Assembly (NCBI GenBank): GCA_944326525.1
Contig: CALVEG010000003.1
Location: 73,846 to 137,845 of the forward strand
Origin: Candidatus Gastranaerophilales bacterium
GTDB lineage: Bacteria > Cyanobacteriota > Vampirovibrionia > Gastranaerophilales > Gastranaerophilaceae
Length of the DNA: 64,000 nucleotides
Reading direction: 5' to 3'
Part shown: piece by piece, positions 51,583-59,667 of the stretch
How positions within the stretch are numbered: the first letter of the stretch is position 1
Layout: the number at the start of each line of letters is the position of its first letter
Notes under the pieces: generated by a model
Told to the model about the DNA's origin: nothing
Databases searched by the model: none
What the model saw: the letters and a program-made list of their open reading frames with translations, nothing else
Translations under genes and position numbers: made by a program

Positions 51583-52332
51583 ATGACAGAAAATGCTGAA
51601 TTGCAAAATGAAACAGATGACCGCCAACGTATATTATTAGCTGATGATGAAGCAAGTATCAGACGTATTTTAGAGACACGTTTAAAAATGGCAGGTTATG
51701 ATGTTTATACTGCCGCAGATGGTGAAGAGGCCGTTGCAGCTTTTAATAAATATAATCCTGATCTTGTAGTTTTGGATGTAATGATGCCAAAAATGGACGG
51801 TTATGGAGTTACAAGAGAAATTAGACGTACAGCTGATGTGCCGATTATTATATTAACTGCTCTTGGTGATGTTTCTGAAAGAATTACAGGTCTTGAACTT
51901 GGTGCAGATGATTATGTTATTAAGCCATTTTCACCAAAAGAATTGGAAGCTCGTGTGAAGGCTGTTTTACGTCGTACAAATAACCGTGAAACAGTTACTC
52001 CGGCAGGAAAAGTTACAAAGAATGTTATTACAACCGGTAACATAAAAATTGATACTGCTCGTCGTCAAGTATTCCGTAAAAATGAACGCATTCGCTTGAC
52101 GGGTATGGAATTCAGTTTGTTAGAATTGCTTGTAAATAATTCTGGTCAAGCATTTTCAAGAAACGAAATATTGCAGCATGTTTGGGCGTATCCGCCGGAT
52201 CATAGAATCGACACAAGAGTTGTAGATGTACATATTTCTCGTTTACGCTCAAAGCTTGAATCTGATCCTGCTAATCCAGAACTTATACTTACTGCTCGGG
52301 GTATTGGTTATATGTTCCAAAGAATTAGTTAA
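51583..52332 (+). CDS. rpaB: OmpR-family response regulator, RpaB/Ycf27-like
   Basis: Receiver (ILLADDE...LDVMMPKMDG...KPF) plus winged-helix; as recalled, it resembles cyanobacterial RpaB. Confidence 0.85.
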   Translation: MTENAELQNETDDRQRILLADDEASIRRILETRLKMAGYDVYTAADGEEAVAAFNKYNPDLVVLDVMMPKMDGYGVTREIRRTADVPIIILTALGDVSERITGLELGADDYVIKPFSPKELEARVKAVLRRTNNRETVTPAGKVTKNVITTGNIKIDTARRQVFRKNERIRLTGMEFSLLELLVNNSGQAFSRNEILQHVWAYPPDHRIDTRVVDVHISRLRSKLESDPANPELILTARGIGYMFQRIS

Positions 52333-52351
52333 GCTAAATATTTATATATGT

Positions 52352-52380
52352 AAAAGACAGGTTTTGTACCTGTCTTTTTT
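52352..52380 (+). terminator. rho-independent terminator of the response-regulator gene
   Basis: AAAAGACAGG-ttttgta-CCTGTCTTTTTT. Confidence 0.75.
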
Positions 52381-52463
52381 AATATATTGCAATAAAAGCT
52401 TAAAATAAAACATCTAGACAAAAAATATTTTCATGTTAGTATAGAGAAGTGACAAGGTTATAT

Positions 52464-52540
52464 GGCGCCAGTCGTCAAGCGGTTAAGACCTCGGATTGTG
52501 GTTCCGATATGCATGGGTTCGAATCCCATCTGGCGCCCCA
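52464..52540 (+). tRNA. tRNA-His (anticodon GTG) with encoded G-1 and CCA
   Basis: Hand-folded cloverleaf: acceptor GCGCCAG/CTGGCGC, anticodon stem TCGGA/TCCGA with loop TTGTGGT, T arm ATGGG-TTCGAAT-CCCAT, discriminator C, extra 5' G. Confidence 0.93.
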
Positions 52541-54015
52541 TTTTTAACATTTTTCCAGTATTTCATCTTGTAGAATACTGGAAATAATTCTATTTTAAGG
52601 GTTTCTCCGTTATAGCTTAGGGTTCGGACGCATGTTTGAATTATTTCTCTTTTTTGTTGTGGTGTTGCTAGTCTGAACAGTTCCGGCAATTGGTTGCAAA
52701 ATGCCATTATTAAACTTAATTTGTTATACAATATTTTGCTTTTTTGCTTGCGTTCTTCTAATCTTATTTCTAATTGGTTGAGTTCGGAAGCCCATGAAGC
52801 CATCATTTCATTCCAGTCTTTTTCTGACATGCCATAAGGTAAATTTCCATCAAGTTTGTCTTGATAGCTTTTCTTTATTCGATCTTTGATCTGTTCTATT
52901 TTCTTTTGTATTTCAACAGGGTTTTCAATACTGTTCTCATAGTCTTTGATTGCTTGCAATATCTCTCTTGCTTCATCTTTCATCAATTCAATTTCTTTTG
53001 GCGGAATATAAATATCATCAAGCATATCAATAAAAGTTTTTTCAAGATCTTCTTGTTTAATAGCTTTGCATCCGCATTTGCATCTATAATAAATATATTC
53101 TCCGGAGTTGTGTGCTCCTCGTTTCATTTCTGCTGATAATTTATGCTTGCCGCAGCATTCACACTTAATCATGTTTGTATAAGGGAAAAATATATCATGT
53201 GTTTTGGGTTTTTTCCACCCAAACATTGATTGAACTTCATAAAATAATTCTTTTGAAATCAATGGTTCATGCACTCCTTCATATATCATACCTTTATAGG
53301 GTAGTTTGCCAATATAAAAACTGTTCTTCAACATCCATTCAAATTTTCTTGGTGGATATTTTTCTCCAGTTTTTGGATGTTTAAAACCGTCAAGATATAA
53401 TGTATCGCCTAATCTTTTTAAGGAATAATTACCGGTTGCATATAATTCAAATGCTTTTTTAATATATTGAGAATTAATTGGATCAACAATAATAATTTTA
53501 GTATTGTCCGGATTAGTAAAATTTAAGTAGCCTATTGGAGCTTTTCCGGGTCTTATTCCTTCTCGAGCTTTTTGATCCATTCCCATTGTTGTTCTTTGGG
53601 AAATTTTCCTTCGCTCATATAATGCAGTACCTTTGGTGATCCATCTTAAAAGTTCACCTTCTGGACTATCTTCGTTACATTCAGTAACAGATAAAGGAGT
53701 TATTTTACATTCTTCAAAAAATTTTCCTAAAACAGCATAATCATATTCAGTTCCTCTTGATATTCTTTCCCATTTGTAAAAAATAAGAGCATCAACATTT
53801 GAAACATTTTCTCTAGTCCATTTTATTAATTCTTGGAGCTGTGGACGGTTAAGGTCTTTTGCACTAATCCCCTCTTCTCTAAAAACTTTTACAACTTCAT
53901 ATCCTAAAGATGCAGCAAACTCTCTATCTATTCTTTCTTGTCCGTTCAAAGAATAGCCTTTTGTTTGTTCTTCCGTTGAAACACGCACATATATTATGCA
54001 CTTCTTTTTATGCAT
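52483..54015 (-). CDS. large serine recombinase (integrase)
   Basis: IIYVRVSTEEQ catalytic Ser motif, recombinase domain, zinc ribbon (CECCGKH...YYRCKCGC), coiled-coil; last 19 codons lie antisense in tRNA-His. Confidence 0.9.
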   Translation of the reverse strand: MHKKKCIIYVRVSTEEQTKGYSLNGQERIDREFAASLGYEVVKVFREEGISAKDLNRPQLQELIKWTRENVSNVDALIFYKWERISRGTEYDYAVLGKFFEECKITPLSVTECNEDSPEGELLRWITKGTALYERRKISQRTTMGMDQKAREGIRPGKAPIGYLNFTNPDNTKIIIVDPINSQYIKKAFELYATGNYSLKRLGDTLYLDGFKHPKTGEKYPPRKFEWMLKNSFYIGKLPYKGMIYEGVHEPLISKELFYEVQSMFGWKKPKTHDIFFPYTNMIKCECCGKHKLSAEMKRGAHNSGEYIYYRCKCGCKAIKQEDLEKTFIDMLDDIYIPPKEIELMKDEAREILQAIKDYENSIENPVEIQKKIEQIKDRIKKSYQDKLDGNLPYGMSEKDWNEMMASWASELNQLEIRLEERKQKSKILYNKLSLIMAFCNQLPELFRLATPQQKREIIQTCVRTLSYNGETLKIELFPVFYKMKYWKNVKNGAPDGIRTHAYRNHNPRS

Positions 54016-54068
54016 TTAATCCCTGATATTTAATAGTCTAACTGTAAAATCATTATATACGAAAAAAT

Positions 54069-54239
54069 TTATTTGGAGTAATCAAATTTAATTTTTGTGT
54101 CCGGATTAAGATATAATTCTTTGAAGCCTACTTGAGCAAAGAGCGTTATAAATTTCACAAGACGTTTGTGTTCGTCTCGTGGATCAATATCTTCTCGTGG
54201 TTTTACATATTCAACTTTTAATCCGGATGCTTTTTCCAT
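54069..54239 (-). CDS. small hypothetical protein (56 aa) between methyltransferase and integrase
   Basis: Hand-translated MEKASGLKVEYVKPREDID...; ATG overlaps the methyltransferase stop (TAATG); below the track size cutoff. Confidence 0.4.
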   Translation of the reverse strand: MEKASGLKVEYVKPREDIDPRDEHKRLVKFITLFAQVGFKELYLNPDTKIKFDYSK

Positions 54240-54775
54240 TAGAATAAACTCCTTTGATTAAAGCTCTTAAAATCTCTTATAAGTATTTGTTCCGGAAGAA
54301 AATCTCTACAAAAATATGCAGAAGAGAAATTTATTGGTTTTATTTTGCTTTGATTTTTAAATTGCATTCTATCTTCAAACATTAAAAGTTGTAAGCCTTT
54401 ATCTCTGAATAATCTCATAGGTGCTCGATCATTTAACCATGTCAATGTCATAAGCAGGCAAAACGGTTTATTAAAGTTGATAGCTCTTTCAAAAATCTTT
54501 TTTTTATTTGTGAATGGCGGATTGGAAATAATTAGATCCCATTGTTCAGGCTCATAAAAATAATAATCCTGCCCGTTTCGGATATGTGAATTGATGATTT
54601 TATATCCATTCTCCCTGAAGCATTTTACAAACTCGCTTTCTTCATCATCAAACGGCAGCCAAATAACTTTATCCTTGAATTTCGGTAAAAATTCAAGCAA
54701 AGGTTCTACTGCATAGCGTTCGGTATAACATTCGTCATTCTTACCTTGTGATGTGAATAAAAACTCGTTAGTCAT
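54239..54775 (-). CDS. putative DNA (adenine-N6/cytosine-N4) methyltransferase, small NPPF type
   Basis: DLIISNPPF catalytic motif IV; ECYT N-terminal motif; start at the ATG overlapping the upstream stop (AATGACTAA). Confidence 0.65.
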   Translation of the reverse strand: MTNEFLFTSQGKNDECYTERYAVEPLLEFLPKFKDKVIWLPFDDEESEFVKCFRENGYKIINSHIRNGQDYYFYEPEQWDLIISNPPFTNKKKIFERAINFNKPFCLLMTLTWLNDRAPMRLFRDKGLQLLMFEDRMQFKNQSKIKPINFSSAYFCRDFLPEQILIRDFKSFNQRSLF

Positions 54776-55100
54776 TGCTGTTTTCTTTAACCTCAATGGC
54801 AATTAAAATTTCATCGTTTTTAAGCGTTGGTCCTAAATAAGTTTTTATTTCTTTGTATTTACGTTCTTGATATAGGTACGGAATAGGTAGAGGGCAAATC
54901 TTATCACAAAATTTTTCTAATTCTGTAAATATCTTAATCCCTACATAAAAAGATTGAATGGTTATATTATTTCTTTTTGCATAATTATAAGCTTGATCCA
55001 ATTTTTTAAAAACAAACTCCTTATTATTTTTTTTCTTTTGTTCTTTTAATTTTACAATTTCTTTTTTATGATAAAGAATTTGCTTATCAATATTATTCAT
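54768..55100 (-). CDS. hypothetical phage protein
   Basis: ORF with SD ggagaaattt before ATG 55100. Confidence 0.5.
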   Translation of the reverse strand: MNNIDKQILYHKKEIVKLKEQKKKNNKEFVFKKLDQAYNYAKRNNITIQSFYVGIKIFTELEKFCDKICPLPIPYLYQERKYKEIKTYLGPTLKNDEILIAIEVKENSND

Positions 55101-55168
55101 AAATTTCTCCTTTCGCAATATCAGTTATTGTTTTAGGTTTACATTTTTGTTTTAATTTTATTTTTTTC

Positions 55169-55360
55169 TCAATTCTTGTTTGTTAATTTCTGTTCTGCTC
55201 TGTTTGAAAATATTGCTTCTATTGTCGGTAAATCCGCAATACTTATAGTTTCGCAAACTACCTTCATGAATGTATATGATGTATCAGGGTTTCTTAAAAG
55301 TTTGTTTGCCATACGTAAATAAAACTGCTCCCTGATGCTCAAATGCTTATTGTTTTGCAT
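55169..55360 (-). CDS. hypothetical phage protein (63 aa)
   Basis: ORF in a co-directional coupled array (ATG overlaps the upstream stop by 1 nt). Confidence 0.45.
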   Translation of the reverse strand: MQNNKHLSIREQFYLRMANKLLRNPDTSYTFMKVVCETISIADLPTIEAIFSNRAEQKLTNKN

Positions 55361-55626
55361 TATTTACTCCAGTATTCATTTTTGACAATGCAAGCAAATT
55401 CTTTTACTTGAAGGGGTTCATCAATTTTTGCATCTTCAAGCTCTTCAAGAAAAATATTTAAAACATCTTCTTGAAAGTTTTTTATTCTTTTTCTCATGCA
55501 AAGATTAAAACATTTTTTGTATTTGAAAATTAAATCAAGTAATTTGATAAAATTTTCAGCTATTAAAAAATCTATGTAATCTATTTTTAATTGTTCGCAT
55601 ATTAATTTTGATGTATTTATTTCCAT
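55360..55626 (-). CDS. hypothetical phage protein (88 aa)
   Basis: ORF with SD aggagat upstream. Confidence 0.5.
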   Translation of the reverse strand: MEINTSKLICEQLKIDYIDFLIAENFIKLLDLIFKYKKCFNLCMRKRIKNFQEDVLNIFLEELEDAKIDEPLQVKEFACIVKNEYWSK

Positions 55627-55627
55627 A

Positions 55628-55717
55628 TTAAAATCTCCTATTTATACAGATGAAAAACGGTGCTGCAATAAGTCCTAATAATATTCCGGCAGCAAGATTG
55701 ATTAACAGAATTTTCAT
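55628..55717 (-). CDS. 29-aa hydrophobic peptide (MKILLINLAAGILLGLIAAPFFICINRRF)
   Basis: Hand-translated; ATGA overlap with the upstream stop; its own stop lies 1 nt before the next ATG; single predicted TM helix. Confidence 0.35.
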   Translation of the reverse strand: MKILLINLAAGILLGLIAAPFFICINRRF

Positions 55718-55974
55718 CTGTTCACCTCGTTATTGCCAATAACCTGAATATTGTCAAAACAATATCCGCCGGATCCGATTTTTAAACAAACAACTTTTGT
55801 TCCGCTGCCAAGTTCCCATGCAGGTGATGAGGTTTCTGTTTCTAAATAATCATCTTGATTTGTATATATCGGGTAGTATTTAACTTTTGTACCAATCGGA
55901 TATAGTTTGTTGAATTGCTCTATCGTCAAATTGTTAATATTAGAGACTTTTGATTTAATTCTTCTCATGTTCAT
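55714..55974 (-). CDS. hypothetical phage protein (86 aa)
   Basis: ORF; the ATG at 55968 has the better SD spacing. Confidence 0.5.
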   Translation of the reverse strand: MNMRRIKSKVSNINNLTIEQFNKLYPIGTKVKYYPIYTNQDDYLETETSSPAWELGSGTKVVCLKIGSGGYCFDNIQVIGNNEVNR

Positions 55975-56305
55975 TCTCCTTTATAAGTTCAAACTCAATA
56001 TCAAAGACATCTTTATTTATTTTTAAATCTGTACTTTGCCCGTCAATAATTTTAATTGACAATACGTTTGCTTTTAATTTTTCGCCGTTATATCCACATT
56101 GAAAAATGATATTAATTCCAGTTGGATAATATATATCTCCGCCTTTTAGGTACTCAATGTCGCACCACAAGAAATCAAATTTATTTTTAATTCTTGTTAT
56201 CCAATACGGCTTTACTTCTCTATATTCGTGCGTTTTTTCTCCGGATTTGATTTTTTTAAACCATTCTTTTTTGAGATTAAATGTCAACATTTTTGTCATC
56301 TCCAT
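55955..56305 (-). CDS. ASCH-like (PUA-fold) domain protein
   Basis: FNLKKEWFKKIKSGEKTHEYREVKPYW pattern typical of ASCH domains; alternative start at M6. Confidence 0.55.
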   Translation of the reverse strand: MEMTKMLTFNLKKEWFKKIKSGEKTHEYREVKPYWITRIKNKFDFLWCDIEYLKGGDIYYPTGINIIFQCGYNGEKLKANVLSIKIIDGQSTDLKINKDVFDIEFELIKENEHEKN

Positions 56306-56564
56306 ATAGTTTTAATGGTGGGTTCATTCTTTTCCTTATTTCAGCAATAGTAAGCGGTGTTATACTTGTCATATCAATATCGGGAAAAACTAAATTGTTT
56401 ATTCTTTTGAGAGCTCTTTTGTATTTTTCAAGCTCTTTTAAATCTTCAAAAATCTGACAATTATCCTCACAATGCGATAAATCTTCGCACAATTCGCAAA
56501 AACAAGTGCAATAAGGTTTACCGTTAAATTTTTCTTTGCTTTTAAATTTATATTTGCACTTCAT
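56277..56564 (-). CDS. Cys-rich hypothetical phage protein (95 aa)
   Basis: Seven Cys in the first 36 aa (CKY...CTCFCELC...C...C). Confidence 0.5.
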   Translation of the reverse strand: MKCKYKFKSKEKFNGKPYCTCFCELCEDLSHCEDNCQIFEDLKELEKYKRALKRINNLVFPDIDMTSITPLTIAEIRKRMNPPLKLYGDDKNVDI

Positions 56565-56907
56565 CTTCCATTACCTCATATAACTTTTCTTGTTCGTATT
56601 CAAAAATGAGATCTTCCACATGTTGACTAGGATGCTGAACTTCTTTTAATAATTTATAGATACTGTCATCCATGTATTCATTAAGGCATTGAGATATATC
56701 CAGTTCTTCATAACCTTTCTCATAAAAAAGATAATCAAGAATTTTTGAGCAAACCGGACAAACTTTTTGAGAATAAAACCTGCCCTCATAAACTCCGGTT
56801 TGATTTTCGTAGGGTTCGCCTATTAAAATTTTTGTGCGGCAGCACTCGCAAGTATGTTCTTTGCGTGCCGATTTAATTTTTTGAATTGAATAAAAATCAC
56901 TAGACAT
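56548..56907 (-). CDS. zinc-ribbon hypothetical phage protein (119 aa)
   Basis: CECC...CPVC pairs. Confidence 0.5.
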   Translation of the reverse strand: MSSDFYSIQKIKSARKEHTCECCRTKILIGEPYENQTGVYEGRFYSQKVCPVCSKILDYLFYEKGYEELDISQCLNEYMDDSIYKLLKEVQHPSQHVEDLIFEYEQEKLYEVMEDEVQI

Positions 56908-57069
56908 TGTTATCTCCTTGATCCGATTTGTAAAAGTTCGTTGCTTATATTTTCAATTGGTTTGTTAAATTGAACATTATTGGCATTCATTTCACCTTGA
57001 AGAAATGCTGATTTTATAAAACTAAAACTATCTTTTGAAATCTTGACATTATTATGTAATTTATTAAAT

Positions 57070-57624
57070 TCATCTGTTACTTGCTGTTTTTTTGATTACC
57101 ATTAAAGAAGTGCCTGATGATAAAATAGCTTTTTGTTTTTCCTTTTGCATTTCATGTAGCCTTATTGAGAGCTTTTGAGTAAAACCTTCTACAAAATTCC
57201 GCATTATCATTTTCCCTTGATATACTTCAATAAGCTGTTTGTACTCATCGCTCTTTTTGTATCTTTTTAAATCTTGAATAAGCACGGCTGTCAACATTTC
57301 AGCAAAGTGAATGCAAATTTTTACATCCAGTTCAAAACCAAAGAAATGAAACTCTTTTTTTAATTTGTAGTAATAATGTTCACAATCAAATGCTTGAGCT
57401 AATCGAGAAAACAACTTTGCCATATCTAAACGCAACATCTTTACAGATTTATCTATAAAAGAAGAACGGTCAACTTTTTTTAGATCAAGTTCTGAAATAT
57501 TGTATTCAGTCATTAATTTATTGGCTAAATTAAGAGCATTTTCTGCTTCATATTTTGTTGCCCCTTTTTTCTCATTGCGATTTAGTAAATTTAATATTTG
57601 TCGTATGATTTTATCAGTTGTCAT
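57070..57624 (-). CDS. DUF2786-like phage protein
   Basis: N-terminal KIIRQILNLLNR...ATKYEAENALNLANKLMTEYNI helix pair characteristic of DUF2786. Confidence 0.6.
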   Translation of the reverse strand: MTTDKIIRQILNLLNRNEKKGATKYEAENALNLANKLMTEYNISELDLKKVDRSSFIDKSVKMLRLDMAKLFSRLAQAFDCEHYYYKLKKEFHFFGFELDVKICIHFAEMLTAVLIQDLKRYKKSDEYKQLIEVYQGKMIMRNFVEGFTQKLSIRLHEMQKEKQKAILSSGTSLMVIKKTASNR

Positions 57625-57625
57625 T

Positions 57626-57856
57626 TTAATATCTTCCTTTGCGGTTCAGTGCTGCTTTTATTTCTTCATCTGTAATATTATTCTTTTCGTAAAATCCGCA
57701 TATTGAACGTGTTATGTTTGAATAAACTGCAGCCCATTCATTCTTATCAGGTTTTGATTTTGTGTTGCTTTCTAAAAACGTGTTGATTTCGTTTAGAATG
57801 TCATTCGCCATACAGATTGTGTTTGTTCTAAAAATTTTCTCTAATCTTGTCGCCAT
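57626..57856 (-). CDS. hypothetical phage protein (76 aa)
   Basis: ORF 1 nt upstream of the next gene's start. Confidence 0.45.
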   Translation of the reverse strand: MATRLEKIFRTNTICMANDILNEINTFLESNTKSKPDKNEWAAVYSNITRSICGFYEKNNITDEEIKAALNRKGRY

Positions 57857-57892
57857 TAATTAATCCTCATCAGTATAAGTATCACTCATAGA

Positions 57893-58315
57893 CTAGCAAG
57901 CAAAACTACTTGCTAGTTTCGGATTTATTGTTGTTCGGGGGGGGGTAATTCCGAATAGTTCTAAAACTGAAGAAAAATCACTAGATGAGCCATCTAAAAA
58001 GGCTGTTTTTAAAATATCTAGTTGTGAATAATCTTTTGTTTTTTGAAACATGTGTTCAACAAATAACCCTTTTTCTTCCAATTCTTTTTTTCTATTTTCA
58101 AAGAAGTCTATTAGATTAATACTCTTTTCAGATATATAGTTTTTTAACTCAACATTGTAGTTTTCTGAAATGATCGTTTTTTTGTTAAATTCTTCCATTG
58201 GAATAAACTGAATTACAGAAATTCTTAATGTGTGTGCTACAGCTTTAAAATTTTTGTCCTTTAATTTGCTTTCAAATTCCTGCATTGTTTTCTCGTTTGC
58301 CATTTCTACTGTCAT
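57893..58315 (-). CDS. hypothetical phage protein (140 aa) carrying a C9 tract near its 3' end
   Basis: ORF; homopolymer at 57937-57945 encodes ...ITPPR... Confidence 0.5.
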   Translation of the reverse strand: MTVEMANEKTMQEFESKLKDKNFKAVAHTLRISVIQFIPMEEFNKKTIISENYNVELKNYISEKSINLIDFFENRKKELEEKGLFVEHMFQKTKDYSQLDILKTAFLDGSSSDFSSVLELFGITPPRTTINPKLASSFAC

Positions 58316-58366
58316 ATTTTTCTCCTTTTGTTGTGTAATAACTTGCCGTCTTTCCGGCTGTCAAAA

Positions 58367-58999
58367 TTATTTTTCCTTATCTGCATCCTTTTTGATAGGT
58401 GCTAATATTGCTTTTTGTGTAACCTCTTCGGAATTTGTCTCGCAGAGTATTACTGCAAGTTTATCCTTTGTATTAAAAGATAAGTCAACATAGCCCTTTG
58501 GAGCTTTTAATGCTGCAATATCTTTTATTAGTTTTTGTGATACAGTAATGGTGAAATTATTTTTTGTTGGGATGTATTTATTTACATCAGGAAATTTACA
58601 ACCTTCATCAGCATCTTTTGTTCTTAAAATTTGATTAGAGTTAAATTCTTCATCAATAAATTCAACCTTGCCATTTTCGTAGTGAATTATAATTTCGTTA
58701 AGTTCGCCTTTAACAAAGCTAAGTTTTGATGCAAGTGCCATTGATACATAAAATTCACAATCTTCTCCGAGTAAAGTAAGAATTGTTAATTCTGTTTGTA
58801 AAGCTCGGTTTCCGTCTGTTGTAGTTAGAATAAGAACGTCATCTTTGACTTCAAATTTAATTGCACTTAAAACACTTCCTTCTACATTTTTTCCTGATAT
58901 TGCAAATCTTTTATGTGCTGATAAAACTTTTTTGAGATCTGATTTAATGACAGTAACTTCCGTTATTGCTGTTTCCACTTTTTGTTTTGCTTCATCCAT
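58367..58999 (-). CDS. DNA polymerase III beta-clamp-like protein, two-domain (210 aa)
   Basis: SVLSAIKFEVKDDVLILTTTDGNRAL (clamp domain-I pattern) and KFPDVNKYIP (FPDY..VLP-like junction motif). Confidence 0.55.
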   Translation of the reverse strand: MDEAKQKVETAITEVTVIKSDLKKVLSAHKRFAISGKNVEGSVLSAIKFEVKDDVLILTTTDGNRALQTELTILTLLGEDCEFYVSMALASKLSFVKGELNEIIIHYENGKVEFIDEEFNSNQILRTKDADEGCKFPDVNKYIPTKNNFTITVSQKLIKDIAALKAPKGYVDLSFNTKDKLAVILCETNSEEVTQKAILAPIKKDADKEK

Positions 59000-59225
59000 T
59001 TAATTCTCCTTTCTCCAATTCGATTGGTTTAAATATTTGTTGTACGGTGTTAGTTTCAAGTATTTTGTATGTGTATGTTTCATTTGCGAAAAGTAAATTA
59101 GTTGCCTGCATGCCGCAGTTTATGCATTTATATGGGTTTGGTGTCATTTTTCTGCAACTCGGGCATATATATAATTTGCTTGAAAATTCATTATTGAAAT
59201 CTCTTATTGTTTCAAATATCTCCAT
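58992..59225 (-). CDS. zinc-ribbon phage protein (77 aa)
   Basis: CPSC...CINC. Confidence 0.5.
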   Translation of the reverse strand: MEIFETIRDFNNEFSSKLYICPSCRKMTPNPYKCINCGMQATNLLFANETYTYKILETNTVQQIFKPIELEKGELNG

Positions 59226-59664
59226 TCTTCTGCTCTTTTAACTGTTGTCTGAATGCATCTTTTACGGCTTCAATTACTCTGCAAATATATTCTCTATGGT
59301 GATCTGACATTTCAATTTGAACATTATCGGTCTGAACCTTTTTTAAATTATCAAATTCGTCCAGTTCTATTTCGTATGCTTGAGGTTTAAATGTTTCTCT
59401 TGCGTTAAGTTCAAATTTATCTGCTATATATCCTGTGCTTGCTGCAATAAAAAATTTTTGCATTGGTTCTCCCATAGCATTCCAAAAATAATTTAAGGCA
59501 ATGCCGTAACAAAGTATTGTTATTCTGCCTTGATAGCGTGTTTCGTCAGGTCTTTTATCTTCCCATTCGTCAATATAGACCGTTATAGGGTCGAGCTCTT
59601 TTGCTCCGGTTATTTTTATTTGAGTAACCTGTTTTTCTTGGATCTGTAAATTCTGATTATTCAT
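59212..59664 (-). CDS. hypothetical phage protein (150 aa)
   Basis: ORF in the coupled array. Confidence 0.5.
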   Translation of the reverse strand: MNNQNLQIQEKQVTQIKITGAKELDPITVYIDEWEDKRPDETRYQGRITILCYGIALNYFWNAMGEPMQKFFIAASTGYIADKFELNARETFKPQAYEIELDEFDNLKKVQTDNVQIEMSDHHREYICRVIEAVKDAFRQQLKEQKNGDI

Positions 59665-59667
59665 TTT

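Noticed and set aside
52483-52540. The 'GIRTH' peptide as a sign that the whole 510-aa ORF is a spurious tRNA-antisense ORF
   Set aside because: The upstream 490 residues carry the full set of large-serine-recombinase features: catalytic Ser motif, recombinase domain, zinc ribbon and coiled-coil. Only the tail is tRNA-antisense, and this is reported as a finding instead.
54032-54044. Exact 13-nt direct repeat AATAGTCTAACTG just upstream of the integrase start (54032-54044) and again at 63947-63959, considered as possible att cores or element borders
   Set aside because: By a rough estimate, exact 13-mers should recur by chance many times in 64 kb of AT-rich DNA. The pair would also place the integrase outside the element it brackets. 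Kept only as a note; a partial third copy (AATAGTCT) is at 63243.
56908-57069. Possible 26-aa (MNANNVQFNKPIENISNELLQIGSRR) or 19-aa ORFs in the gap between the DUF2786-like and zinc-ribbon genes
   Set aside because: There is no SD-like sequence and no coupling to neighbours, and the ORFs are very short. I could not distinguish them from chance.
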